Positions 50,101-59,971 of a stretch of 64,000 bases of DNA are shown here, one piece after another (position 1 is the first letter of the stretch; each line of letters opens with the position of its first letter). Position numbers and translations under genes: made by a program. Below the pieces are notes generated by a model. The model did no database searches and was not told the origin of the DNA. It saw only the letters and a program-made list of their open reading frames with translations. The DNA comes from Rubripirellula sp. (GTDB lineage Bacteria; Planctomycetota; Planctomycetia; Pirellulales; Pirellulaceae), in NCBI GenBank assembly GCA_965216875.1, contig OZ244207.1, positions 6,688,001 through 6,752,000 of the forward strand. The letters are read 5' to 3'.

Positions 50101-50949
50101 ATGTCGAATCTCGAGACGATTTCGATGCCGCAACTGTTGGCCGAGGCGGCCCAGCGGGTGCGCAGCCAATGTGACTTGGTCCCCAGTTCGGCGATCATCT
50201 TAGGCAGCGGTCTTGGCGGACTTGCGGACAAGATCGAGCAGCCGACGTCGATCCCTTACGACGAGATTCCTGGTTTTGCACGTTCGACCGCTGGGGGGCA
50301 TCGCGGTCAGTTGATCTTGGGCCATTTGACGGACCATGTGTCAGGGAAGCGATGCCCGGTCGTTGCGATGGCAGGTCGTTTCCATCGTTACGAAGGTTGG
50401 GACGGACGGCAGATTGCGTTTCCTGTCCAGTTGATGTCACAGCTCGGTGCGACTCGATTGGTTGTCAGCAATGCGGCCGGAGGTGTGAACCCCAAGTTTC
50501 GCGTCGGTGACATCGTGGTGCTTCGCGATCACATTGATCGAATCAACGTGAACTTAGGTTTGGAAACTTCATCGGCAACGGGCGTGCCGATTCGGTCTGA
50601 TCGCGTCTACGACGACGCGTTGTCGCGGCTTGCCATCGAAGTCTCGCTCGAGGGGCGTTTTCAGGCTTGGGAAGGAACCTACCTCGCGACGACTGGGCCG
50701 AACTACGAAACTCGGGCGGAGTATCGGATGATGCGCCGAATGGGCGCCGATCTGGCCGGGATGAGTACCGTTCCTGAGGTCTTGGTCGCGGCGAGTTTAG
50801 GAATGCGCATTCTAGGTCTATCGATGGTTAGCAATGTTGCCAATCCAGACCGGCCAATCCAAGCGAATCACGAAGAAGTTCTAGAGGCGGGCCGGCTTGC
50901 GGAGGTTAAGATGGAGGCGATCGTACGCAGGGCTGTCGCGTACGCCTAA
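50101..50949 (+). CDS. Purine-nucleoside phosphorylase, trimeric family (copy 2, Asn type)
   Basis: ILGSGLG, GRFHRYEG, GPNYET.AE, GMST, VSNVA..NHEEVL. Confidence 0.93.
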   Translation: MSNLETISMPQLLAEAAQRVRSQCDLVPSSAIILGSGLGGLADKIEQPTSIPYDEIPGFARSTAGGHRGQLILGHLTDHVSGKRCPVVAMAGRFHRYEGWDGRQIAFPVQLMSQLGATRLVVSNAAGGVNPKFRVGDIVVLRDHIDRINVNLGLETSSATGVPIRSDRVYDDALSRLAIEVSLEGRFQAWEGTYLATTGPNYETRAEYRMMRRMGADLAGMSTVPEVLVAASLGMRILGLSMVSNVANPDRPIQANHEEVLEAGRLAEVKMEAIVRRAVAYA

Positions 50950-50973
50950 TCGCTGATCGGAACGCTTTCCCCT

Positions 50974-51750
50974 ATGTCTTCGCCTCCAGACTCATCGTTC
51001 TCCGACCCCGATGGCTCGGGTTTGTCACCAGACAAGAAGTCGCCAGAGCATCATTTTTCGATGCTCGATTACAAGTTGCACGAGTTGCAGCCGGCGATTC
51101 AATCGGTGCCGGTTTCGGAAAGCGACGAGAACCTCACCGAAATACAAATCGACAATGCGGCTGGCCAACATGCCGCGATGATGCGTCTGGATCACCCCGT
51201 TCGACTTCATGTCGATGGCCCGCTTGGTGACTACGCGTTTGCGTTCAATTCTCAAACTGATGTTCGATTGACCGGTTCGGTTGGCCACGGGGTCGCCGAG
51301 GGAATGGCATCGGGTGCTGTCCGGATTCGAGGCGATGCTGGCGAAGGCGCTGGGGCGGCGATGACAGGCGGCACGCTTGCCATCTATGGCACGGCAGGGC
51401 ATCGATGCGGCGCGGGTATGCGAGGCGGCGGGATTTTCGTTCGCGGCGATGTTGGCGATGAGACTGCGGTTGGCGCACTTGGTGGGATGATCGTGATCGG
51501 TGGCGATGCGGGCGAGAAGCTAGGCGATGCGATGAACAACGTGACCGTCTTTATTCGCGGCCGAGCAAAGAGTTTGGCTGAAGGTGTCATCGAAGCTCCC
51601 CTGCGAAAACGCGAGCTCCTGCGGCTTGGCTTGCTTTTGATCAATGCGTCCATTCGGGGTGAAGCCAAAGACTTTCGCCGGATCGTGCCCGAAGCCATGC
51701 TGCATGCCGAGCAATCGCAGCGCGGCGAACTCAATCCCAATTGGAGGTAA
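50974..51750 (+). CDS. GXGXG beta-helix protein (glutamate synthase C-terminal / FwdC-like)
   Basis: Repeated G.VG..AEGM.SG.V.I.GDAG..AG..M.GG units. Confidence 0.85.
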   Translation: MSSPPDSSFSDPDGSGLSPDKKSPEHHFSMLDYKLHELQPAIQSVPVSESDENLTEIQIDNAAGQHAAMMRLDHPVRLHVDGPLGDYAFAFNSQTDVRLTGSVGHGVAEGMASGAVRIRGDAGEGAGAAMTGGTLAIYGTAGHRCGAGMRGGGIFVRGDVGDETAVGALGGMIVIGGDAGEKLGDAMNNVTVFIRGRAKSLAEGVIEAPLRKRELLRLGLLLINASIRGEAKDFRRIVPEAMLHAEQSQRGELNPNWR

Positions 51751-51755
51751 TTGAC

Positions 51756-52898
51756 ATGCGATTGAAGCAATTGCTTTTGCCTCCGCCACCCATGCACACG
51801 CCTTGGTCCGGAGCGCCCAAGGAACCGGAACAACACCTCATCGCTCGCGATGGGGCCGATGCGGTTTCGATCGAGTTGCCCCTTTTCTGGTACGACCCGC
51901 CTTGGAGCCAAGTGCCGACCGAAGGTGCCGACATCCTGGCAACGGCCGTCGCTGAAAAAGGGGTCTTGGTTTCCGCGATGCGGAGTGACCTTTCCGACCC
52001 AACGTCCGAGCCTCGTTTTCATATGGCCGAATCGATGGTGACTTCGGATGATGACGATGCCGACGACGAAGATGATTACGACGCTCCCACCTATCGATTC
52101 CTGCCTCGCCTCATGCCCTATCGCCCCGAACGATACGGTTTCGATGTTCGTGATTTTGATGGAGCGCGAGTCATTGACTTGCGATTGGTCATGGATCGTG
52201 ACGCGACAGGTCGGTTTGCCTATTCGCCGTCGCAAATTGAACGTTGGGAAGCGACTCCGACCGGCGAGCCCCTTGCTGGCGGCGGTTGGGTTCCAGCCGC
52301 AACCTTTCCGCCCGACGTGGTTGCCATGGACCACTTGTCGTCAAAGATTGCTCAGCTTCGAGTCTTGTCGCCGACCGCCGCCGTCTTTGTATCGGTGGCG
52401 CCGTATCGCCTGGAAGCTGAATTGCCGAGCGTGTTGGCCGCTGGGCCTGATGGCGTGATCTTGCGACTGGACCAACTTGATCTCGACGACCTTGTGTTGG
52501 CCGCCCTCACGCGCAGGGCTCGTCAGATGATCGATGCGTCCGCCAATCCTTCGCTACCGCTTTGGGTGGTACCGGGCGAAATCTCGCCCGACGATGCGGT
52601 CAAGCTAACGGCGCTTGGAGCAAACGCAATCGCGATCGACGCGTGGTGCGACCCGCTTGTTCAGGAGACAAGTGACTTGCGACAAACCGTTGCATCACGT
52701 TTGGGGATTTCCCAGCAATTCAGCTACTCGGGAAAGGTCGAAGAGACCATCTACTCAATCGTCGAGTCTCGCATCGGCAGCCAAATCGATCGCTTTCGAG
52801 GACTGAGTCAATCGATTCTGCGTTTGCCACCCAAACAGCGCCTCGGGTCGTTCAGCGCCACCTGGGTCAAAACACTCGACGTGATGCCCCTTCGATAG
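51756..52898 (+). CDS. Divergent FMN-barrel-like protein (glutamate synthase FMN domain-like, degenerate)
   Basis: I.QLR.LSP...V.V, GPDGVIL, DAVKLTALGANAI; GGAGG RBS; translationally close to the GXGXG gene. Confidence 0.6.
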   Translation: MRLKQLLLPPPPMHTPWSGAPKEPEQHLIARDGADAVSIELPLFWYDPPWSQVPTEGADILATAVAEKGVLVSAMRSDLSDPTSEPRFHMAESMVTSDDDDADDEDDYDAPTYRFLPRLMPYRPERYGFDVRDFDGARVIDLRLVMDRDATGRFAYSPSQIERWEATPTGEPLAGGGWVPAATFPPDVVAMDHLSSKIAQLRVLSPTAAVFVSVAPYRLEAELPSVLAAGPDGVILRLDQLDLDDLVLAALTRRARQMIDASANPSLPLWVVPGEISPDDAVKLTALGANAIAIDAWCDPLVQETSDLRQTVASRLGISQQFSYSGKVEETIYSIVESRIGSQIDRFRGLSQSILRLPPKQRLGSFSATWVKTLDVMPLR

Positions 52899-52903
52899 GG
52901 CGT

Positions 52904-53077
52904 GTAGGTCATGCTGTGCATGACGGTTCGTAGTACCGAGCTTTAGCCGGAATCTTGGCCCTTCCGCCAAACGGCAGCCAAGTAGGTCATGCTGTGCATG
53001 ACAATCGAAAGACCGGCTTCAAACGCCATGTCGCTCTCTTGGGACCCGGAACGCTCGTCATGCGGAGCATGACCTAC
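52904..53077. repeat. Composite REP hotspot (3x GTAGGTCATG plus GTTCGTAGTACCG)
   Basis: 52904-52924, abutting 52925-52956, 52982-53002, and inverse 53057-53077. Confidence 0.9.
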
Positions 53078-53096
53078 GAAGAGCGGGGCAATCGGG

Positions 53097-53621
53097 CTAC
53101 GTTCCTGCGCCGGATGTTTCTCCGGTCAGGACGCTCGACGGGATGTTGGTGAGCTGGAAGGCGTTTCGCATGATCGTATCGTCGTCGACCGTGACGCGAG
53201 CGTCAAAGTCGAAGAGGTGTTCGACGTGGCCGGATAGGGTGATGGTTGCTTGTAGCGTTGTGGTCAGCGGAGCAGCTGAGGGACGAGCAAAACTCTTGTA
53301 GCGGGCATGCTTGACGCGTACCAACACGCCGAGCGCGTACTCATTAAAGGTTGGATCAGCTGTGTCGAACTGGCGCATTGGGTTGTAATGCGCTGCGATG
53401 AGTATTCCGGCCGATTGGGTGGTCAGTTCCTGCATCATTGCACCTGGCATGATCGGCGCGCCCGGAAAGTGCCCAGCAAGAAACGGCTCATCAGCCTGCA
53501 GGTCGAATTCGGTCACCACGCTCGAACGCGTGATTTCGATAATCCGGTCGACCAACAGGTAGGGTTTGCGATGGTGAAGGTACTGCTCGACAGAGTCGAA
53601 GGAGTGATCGAAAAACGGCAT
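53097..53621 (-). CDS. FabA/FabZ-family hot-dog dehydratase
   Basis: HRKPYLLVD and GHFPGAPIMPGAMMQE motifs. Confidence 0.88.
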   Translation of the reverse strand: MPFFDHSFDSVEQYLHHRKPYLLVDRIIEITRSSVVTEFDLQADEPFLAGHFPGAPIMPGAMMQELTTQSAGILIAAHYNPMRQFDTADPTFNEYALGVLVRVKHARYKSFARPSAAPLTTTLQATITLSGHVEHLFDFDARVTVDDDTIMRNAFQLTNIPSSVLTGETSGAGT

Positions 53622-53691
53622 GGCGCAACTTGGTGGTAATGAGAAACCGAAAGACTTCCCAGCACTCTAGTCACGCGGCAAGGCCCTCGAT

Positions 53692-55701
53692 CTATTGGCG
53701 AAATGCGTCGGAATCGGCATCGCTTGGCATCCGCCAATCGCCACGGGGCGAAAGGCTCACGGATCCGACTTTGGGCCCATCCGGCACACAATTGCGTTTG
53801 AATTGGTTGGTGAAGAAACGTTTGAAGAAGGTATCAAGCGTTTCGGCAATCGTTGCGTCCGAGTATTGCTGGTCAAACTTCGCAAATCTCGCCAAATGCA
53901 AGATCTTGTCTTTGTCGTACCCGTTGCGGACGAAGTGGAACAGAAAGAAATCGTGCAGTTCGTAGGCGCCGATCGAGTTTTCTGTCGACTGTCGAATCGA
54001 ACCATCTTCCGCGGGCGGCAACAGTTCTGGAGAGATCGGAGTGTCGGCGATGCGGTGCAGGAGATCTTGGAGCTGGCCGTCAAAGAAGTGGTCGGCCGCG
54101 TAACGAACAAGGAACCGGACCAAAGTTTTCGGGATGGACGTGTTGACGTTGTACATTGACATGTGATCGGCGTTGTACGTCGACCAACCGAGTGCCTGTT
54201 CGCTCATGTCGCCGGTGCCCAGGACAAAACCTCGGCTCATCAACAGCATTGTGCGGATTCGTGCCTGAACGTTCTCGAAGGTCAAGTCTGCTGCGTCATC
54301 GGGAACCGCGATCAGTTCACTTTGCAATGCGTCGACGGTGGTGGATTCATCGATCGAAATGCCGAGTGGGCTATGCTTGAGCGCACGAAAGGTGTCCAGG
54401 CACATCGGGCGAATGTCAATGCATTCCATCGTGATCCCGGTTGCCTCGATCAATTGATCGGCACTGGACCGCGTGTGGTCCGTCGTGCCAAATCCTGGCA
54501 TGGTGATGCCGTGAATCGTTTTGCGATCACGACCCGATGCGTCGCAAGCTTGCAGGGCGACCAGCAAAGCGAGCGTGCTGTCGAGGCCTCCCGAGACACC
54601 GATCGACAGCGTCGTTTGGTCGCCGAGTCGCGACAAGCGTTTCACCAGGCCGGCGGTTTGAATCGCAAAGATCTCGGCACAACGCGCGTCGAGTTCGTCT
54701 GATTCATCGGGCACGAACGGGTGGCCATCAACGCGGCGTTTGAGGTCTTTGCGAAGCGGTTGCGGTTGATTTCCAGGAGCCGCATCGACGCTTCGATACG
54801 GTACAGCCAACGACGGCTCGATCTGTGTCACGTCGTCAAACGATCCGACCACACGGCGATCGTGAGCCAACCGTTGCAGGTCAACATCGCAGGTCACCGA
54901 CATCTCATTCACGTGCGCGGGTTGTTGGCCATCGCCGATGCGGCGCGATTGGCCCAGGATCGAACCGTTTTCGGCGACCATGCAGTGGCCACCAAAGACG
55001 AGATCCGACGATGATTCGCCTGGGCCGGCCGACGCATAGGCATACGCTGCGATGCAGCGCCCCGATTGGCTGCGTACCAAGTCGCGACGCCAAGCCGCTT
55101 TGCCGATCGTTTCGTTACTTCCCGACAGATTCAGCAAGACGTTTGCTCCGGCGACCGCCGCACGACTGCTCGGTTGGATTGGCGTCCAAAGATCTTCGCA
55201 AATCTCGACACCAATGGTTGCTTCACCCCACTGGAACAACAGATCGGTTCCAAACGGGACTTCGCCGCCGAACATCTGGAGACTTGTTGGGTCGGCATCG
55301 GACGCACCGCGGAAGTGACGTCCCTCGTAAAACTCGCGATAGGTGGGCAAAAACGTTTTGGGGACGATTCCACGAACCGATCCGCCAGCAACGACGGCGG
55401 CAACGTTCATCAATGAACCCGAAACGCTCAGAGGCAGTCCGACCACAACGACCTTTCTATGGTTGCCGCTGTGGTCGGCAATCGTTGAGAGGGCTTCGAT
55501 CGCTGCAACCAAAAGGGCATCGCTTCCGAACAGGTCACCGCAGGTGTAACCGGTCAGTCCAAGTTCAGGTAGCAACACCAAATCGGCATCACTCGCGTCG
55601 ATCACTCGCATCGAAGCGTTGGCGTTGGCTTTTGGGTTGCCGATCGCAACCGTCGGCGCGGCGGCGGTGATACGAAACAGGCCGTGTGGAAAGATGCTCA
55701 A
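53692..55701 (-). CDS. nadE: Glutamine-dependent NAD+ synthetase
   Basis: Nitrilase domain (PEL, K, EICEDLW) plus SGGLDST, ENVQAR, SPEL, QFKR..PDGPKVG. Confidence 0.96.
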   Translation of the reverse strand: MSIFPHGLFRITAAAPTVAIGNPKANANASMRVIDASDADLVLLPELGLTGYTCGDLFGSDALLVAAIEALSTIADHSGNHRKVVVVGLPLSVSGSLMNVAAVVAGGSVRGIVPKTFLPTYREFYEGRHFRGASDADPTSLQMFGGEVPFGTDLLFQWGEATIGVEICEDLWTPIQPSSRAAVAGANVLLNLSGSNETIGKAAWRRDLVRSQSGRCIAAYAYASAGPGESSSDLVFGGHCMVAENGSILGQSRRIGDGQQPAHVNEMSVTCDVDLQRLAHDRRVVGSFDDVTQIEPSLAVPYRSVDAAPGNQPQPLRKDLKRRVDGHPFVPDESDELDARCAEIFAIQTAGLVKRLSRLGDQTTLSIGVSGGLDSTLALLVALQACDASGRDRKTIHGITMPGFGTTDHTRSSADQLIEATGITMECIDIRPMCLDTFRALKHSPLGISIDESTTVDALQSELIAVPDDAADLTFENVQARIRTMLLMSRGFVLGTGDMSEQALGWSTYNADHMSMYNVNTSIPKTLVRFLVRYAADHFFDGQLQDLLHRIADTPISPELLPPAEDGSIRQSTENSIGAYELHDFFLFHFVRNGYDKDKILHLARFAKFDQQYSDATIAETLDTFFKRFFTNQFKRNCVPDGPKVGSVSLSPRGDWRMPSDADSDAFRQ

Positions 55702-56648
55702 AATGCGTCCGCCTTTCGATAGGCTGCAATGACTTGTTGTTCGCCAGCTTTGCCCTTGATGCTGTTGCCGTGCTCCATTCCGATCACGCCATCAAAACCC
55801 TTGTCATGCAAGTGTTCGAAGACGCGTCTGTAATTGATCTCACCCGTGTAGGGCTCTTTGCGGCCGGGGTTATCGCCCGATTGGAAGTAGGCAATTTCGC
55901 TCCAACTGGCATCGATGTTGTCAATCAAGTTCCCTTCGGTGATCTGCTGGTGATAGATGTCGAAAAGGATTTTGCAGGATGGGCTGTTGACCGCACGGCA
56001 AATCGCATAGGCCTGATCGCTACGCTGAAGAAAGACACCACCATGATTCGTGTGCCAGTTGAGTGGTTCGAGAACCATCACCAGTTCATGTGGCTCGATC
56101 ACTTCGACACAGCGGCGAAGCATGTCGATGACGTTTGCGGTTTGATAACCCTCGGCGAGACGTGGGCCGCCGTACTTGTTCCATTTCTTTGCATCAACGT
56201 GTTGTTGGTCGACACTGCCTGGGACGACAGTGAACCACTTTGCTCCGACTCGTTTGGCAACGTCGACGGCCGATCGTAACGAGGCCAAGATCACTTTCGT
56301 GGAATCTTCGTCAGGTCGTGCGAACGTGGGGCGATCAAAACTTGCGTAGGCGACAAACACACCCATCGTCATTCCGAGATCGTCAAGCGTCTTGCCAATC
56401 TTCTCCTGCGTCTCGGGGGTTTCGTTGGGAAGCCCGTTGTATTCAAACGCGGTGAAACCCTGGTCGGCGCTGAACTTGATTTGATCAATGACATCCTTGC
56501 CAGCCGAATGCTTGAACATGCCAGGGTGAGGCGCGTATCCAAGCTTGAACTTCTCGGCGGCGCTGGGGGTGGCGCCCAATGAGGGCGATGGCATGGTCGC
56601 CACGGCGGCAGTTGCGGCGAGGCCTTTGAGAATGTCACGTCGTTTCAT
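55698..56648 (-). CDS. Hydroxypyruvate isomerase / xylose-isomerase-like TIM barrel, Tat signal
   Basis: KRRDILK, LEPLN, FDIYHQQ, DNPGRKEP.TGEINY and MEH motifs. Confidence 0.9.
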   Translation of the reverse strand: MKRRDILKGLAATAAVATMPSPSLGATPSAAEKFKLGYAPHPGMFKHSAGKDVIDQIKFSADQGFTAFEYNGLPNETPETQEKIGKTLDDLGMTMGVFVAYASFDRPTFARPDEDSTKVILASLRSAVDVAKRVGAKWFTVVPGSVDQQHVDAKKWNKYGGPRLAEGYQTANVIDMLRRCVEVIEPHELVMVLEPLNWHTNHGGVFLQRSDQAYAICRAVNSPSCKILFDIYHQQITEGNLIDNIDASWSEIAYFQSGDNPGRKEPYTGEINYRRVFEHLHDKGFDGVIGMEHGNSIKGKAGEQQVIAAYRKADAF

Positions 56649-56720
56649 GGTCGTCTTGTCGATGTTGGAATATGTGAAATCGGTAACTCATGCGACCCAA
56701 ACGATGTTGCAAGTTGGGCT

Positions 56721-56753
56721 GAATGCCAATAATCGCCGCAATGATTGGCATTC
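56721..56753. promoter_or_regulatory. 10-bp inverted repeat upstream of the TIM barrel-nadE operon (candidate operator or hairpin)
   Basis: GAATGCCAAT-13 nt-ATTGGCATTC. Confidence 0.4.
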
Positions 56754-56806
56754 TTTTCGTTACATTCATCACCCGCACAGTACTCAGGTCGCTTTGGCTC
56801 CGAGGT

Positions 56807-56870
56807 TGTCGCCTTTTGCTCCGCAAAAGTTGCGTTTGCGGGCGCTACTTTCGCGGAGCGAAAGGCGACA
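56807..56870. repeat. REP doublet (TGTCGCCTTTYGCTCCGCRAAAG family)
   Basis: 56807-56834 and inverse 56843-56870; partial third copy ~56892-56907. Confidence 0.85.
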
Positions 56871-57021
56871 CTCAAGAAAGCACAACCTAGGGATCGAAAG
56901 GCGACACGCAAAACTCGCAGCCTCAGAGTGTGTGCGACAGTATAACCAACGCTGAAAAAACAGTCAGGCGACCTGCCTGAAACCCCTCATCTTAAAATCC
57001 AGCCTCTTCCGACTTTGCCCA

Positions 57022-57708
57022 ATGTCGACACCCATTATCACCCCCAAGTTGTTCAAGTTTCTTCGTGAGCTCAATCGCAATAACAATCGCGAGTGGTTCG
57101 CTGAGAACAAGTCGCGATACGAAAACGATGTGCGCGATCCGGCTGTTGAGTTTGTGAGCCAGTTGCAGAAGCCGCTGGCGAAGATTGCGCCATTGTTGCA
57201 GGCGATTCCGAAAGCTCACGGTGGCTCGGTGATGCGGATCTACAAAGACACTCGTTTTTCAAAAGACAAGACTCCCTACAAGACGAACGTTGGGATTTCG
57301 CTTCGCCACGAAGCCGACAAAAACATTCACGCGCCCGGCGCCTACGTCCATTTGGATCCGAAGGAGTGTTTTGTGGGAGTCGGCTGTTGGCGTCCCGAAA
57401 GCCGAGTGCTTTCAGCGATTCGGGCTTCTATTGACGAGGACGCAAAACGCTGGAAACGGGTTCGGGACAACAAGCGTTTCGTCGAGCACTTTGAACTTGC
57501 GGGCGAGCGATTGAAGACATCGCCACGTGACTATTCCAAGGACCATCCAATGATCGACGATTTGCGACGGATCGATTTCATCGGCGTTGCACCGTTGACT
57601 CAGGCCGAGATCACCAGCGGCGAATTCGTCTCTCTCGTGATCGACCGCATCAAGCGAGCCAAACCGCTGATGGAGTTTCTGTGTGACGCGATCGACGTCC
57701 CGTATTAG
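57022..57708 (+). CDS. DUF2461 family protein
   Basis: FL.EL..NNNREWF, RIYKDTRFSKDKTPYK and LKT.PR.Y..DHP motifs. Confidence 0.92.
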   Translation: MSTPIITPKLFKFLRELNRNNNREWFAENKSRYENDVRDPAVEFVSQLQKPLAKIAPLLQAIPKAHGGSVMRIYKDTRFSKDKTPYKTNVGISLRHEADKNIHAPGAYVHLDPKECFVGVGCWRPESRVLSAIRASIDEDAKRWKRVRDNKRFVEHFELAGERLKTSPRDYSKDHPMIDDLRRIDFIGVAPLTQAEITSGEFVSLVIDRIKRAKPLMEFLCDAIDVPY

Positions 57709-57737
57709 TCCGGCTCGCGGAAAGACGGTGAAGTCTG

Positions 57738-57817
57738 GTGAGCCGAACGCGCTAGCGTCGGGCCTTGCGCTCGTCCTTCGCCTCTCCGAGGGGCCCGACG
57801 CTAGCGCGTGCGGCTCA
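57738..57817. repeat. REP doublet (GTGAGCCGAACGCGCTAGCGTCGGGCC family)
   Basis: 57738-57764 and inverse 57792-57817; same family at 37322, 44237 and 46616. Confidence 0.9.
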
Positions 57818-57900
57818 AGCCAAGCGGACTCGGAGCATTCGAAGAACGCTTTGACACGCGGAGAACGCTATCTCGCTGCGGTTGGGTTAAACTCGTCGGG

Positions 57901-59751
57901 ATGGAAACGCCAACCATTCGATGTTTAGCAACCTGCCTTTTTTCGGGGCTCGCGGTTGCGTTCTTTTTAGTGCTACATCCGTGGGGGAATCACATTGGTG
58001 GTTTTCCTTTGGTGGCTTGGACATGCGTGCAATCGATTGGGTTAATGCTCGTCGGATTGGCCGTTGGTTGGTTCTTTGCACGCAGCCGTGGAATGACACT
58101 CGTTGTTTCCGTTTGGGTCGCGATCGTGATGTTGGTTGTCATTGGCGACGTGATCACGTTTCATTGGATCGGCCATCGTCTGGTTTCGTCAGCAACCTGG
58201 AGGGTCATCACGCTGCGCGAGTCGCTCGCCGGCTACGTCACGACAACGATGGTCGCTTCGGCAGCCGCGTTGTTGGTCGGATACACGATCGTGTTGGTGT
58301 GCGTGTTTTGGTCTTCGGCTGCGCTGGCAAATTGGTTCCAACGCAGGCCGCGAAAGGTGACGGAACTCCAGCTGTTGGGCGGCATGGCGGTTCTTGGTTT
58401 GCTTTTGGCGATGCCCGCGATGTTGACGTTCAGCAAGACACACCAGGCCATGCAGCTTGCTTCGACAAGGCACCCACTTTGCGCACTTCGAATCGTTGGT
58501 CACAAAGGCGTGGGGGGTGAGGTACCGCCAGCAATTCGAACGAGCGAAAAACGCTCACCACTTGCTGATGCGATTGCTTCGGGCGACAGGAGGCAACGTT
58601 TGGTCTCGGTCGATCAGGAGTCGATTGACGAGATGCTGCCCGATGTGTTGGTGGTTGTGATCGAGTCGTTTCGGCACGAGTTGGTTGATCCTGAGGTGAT
58701 GCCGAACCTCGCGGCGGTTGCCGAGCGTGGGATTCATTGCCGCCGCCACTTCTCGGGTGGCAACGCAACCAACCATGGCGTGTTCAGCATCGTCAACGGA
58801 CTCGACGCAATCTGGTATGAGCGGCCAGTGCGTTTCAGCCCGTTGATGAACCGACTGCTAAAGCAAGCCGGGTATGAGCTTGGCTTTTTCGCAGGTCACA
58901 ACGACTGGCGCAAGTTTTTGATGGACGGATACATCAGCGAAAGTCACTACGGCGAATTCTATGTGACGCGACCCAATGGACTGGAGAGTGATCGCGATGC
59001 GGTCATTCACGCATCGCGTTTTCTCAGTCGCGACGAACCGAAGCGTGCCCCGCGATTCGCCCTTCTCTACCTTTACGCCACACATGCGACCTATCGAAGC
59101 TACGTCGAGGATCAGGTTTTTTCGCCGGCTGCCGACGATCGGTTTCTCTATCCCTACACAGCCGATCAACGCGATCGTGTCTGGAATCGATATCGAAACG
59201 CAGCCCACACCGTCGATCGGTTTCTCGAAAGTGTCCTTGCTGACGATCGAGTCGTGATGGTCACGGGCGATCATGGCGAAGCATTTCTCGAGGATGGAAC
59301 CTGTGGGCACGGTTCACGCTTGTCGAAGGTCCAAAACATGACGCCGGCGGTCCTTCAGATTCCGGGTGGCACGCCTCGGGTCATTCGCCATCCAACGTCG
59401 CATGCCGATCTGCTTCCGACGTTGTTGGCGGCGTTGGGTTTGCAGACAACCGATTCTGACGTGTTCGATGGCGTGGATCTCACGCGCCGTGACGACGCAT
59501 CGCTTTCGTCCCGAGTGCTTGTGACTCGCAATTACTTACAGGAAGACGTTGCGCTGATTGGTCCTTGGTCAAGGGACGATCCTTCGGAAGAGTCTCTTTT
59601 TGCTGTCCGCGCCGCGCTCTCTCTGGACGAACCCCGTTTCCGAATCCTTAACGCGATTGACGCAGCGGGCAACGAGTTGGACGTGAGTCAAGCGAAGATT
59701 GACCCCGCCAACCGCTGGCACCATCAGTTCCTGCGGAAACAGACTCCGTAG
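57901..59751 (+). CDS. Membrane-anchored alkaline phosphatase superfamily hydrolase/transferase (YejM/LTA-synthase-like)
   Basis: About five N-terminal TM helices, VVIESFR, HFSGGNATNHG (Thr, no CxPxR), TGDHGE, TSHADLLPT. Confidence 0.85.
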   Translation: METPTIRCLATCLFSGLAVAFFLVLHPWGNHIGGFPLVAWTCVQSIGLMLVGLAVGWFFARSRGMTLVVSVWVAIVMLVVIGDVITFHWIGHRLVSSATWRVITLRESLAGYVTTTMVASAAALLVGYTIVLVCVFWSSAALANWFQRRPRKVTELQLLGGMAVLGLLLAMPAMLTFSKTHQAMQLASTRHPLCALRIVGHKGVGGEVPPAIRTSEKRSPLADAIASGDRRQRLVSVDQESIDEMLPDVLVVVIESFRHELVDPEVMPNLAAVAERGIHCRRHFSGGNATNHGVFSIVNGLDAIWYERPVRFSPLMNRLLKQAGYELGFFAGHNDWRKFLMDGYISESHYGEFYVTRPNGLESDRDAVIHASRFLSRDEPKRAPRFALLYLYATHATYRSYVEDQVFSPAADDRFLYPYTADQRDRVWNRYRNAAHTVDRFLESVLADDRVVMVTGDHGEAFLEDGTCGHGSRLSKVQNMTPAVLQIPGGTPRVIRHPTSHADLLPTLLAALGLQTTDSDVFDGVDLTRRDDASLSSRVLVTRNYLQEDVALIGPWSRDDPSEESLFAVRAALSLDEPRFRILNAIDAAGNELDVSQAKIDPANRWHHQFLRKQTP

Positions 59752-59824
59752 GGTGTGTGCTTGCACGCACCAAGAAATCAAACCTGCTCCGCACAACAGG
59801 TGCGTGCAAGCACACACCCTACGG
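59746..59824. repeat. REP doublet, perfect 26-bp inverted repeat (GTAGGGTGTGTGC family)
   Basis: CCGTAGGGTGTGTGCTTGCACGCACC 59746-59771 and exact inverse 59799-59824. Confidence 0.9.
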
Positions 59825-59971
59825 GATAGCTAGCAAAGATTATTCGCCTATCGTTGGGTTGGGGCGTTTCCCTAGACTCCGGCACTCGCAGAAAAAGTGG
59901 ATTTTCAGGCCGCGACGGACCGACGGCTTGTCCAGCTTTTTGGGCGACTATCCCTCCAGGAGTCTCTCGGC

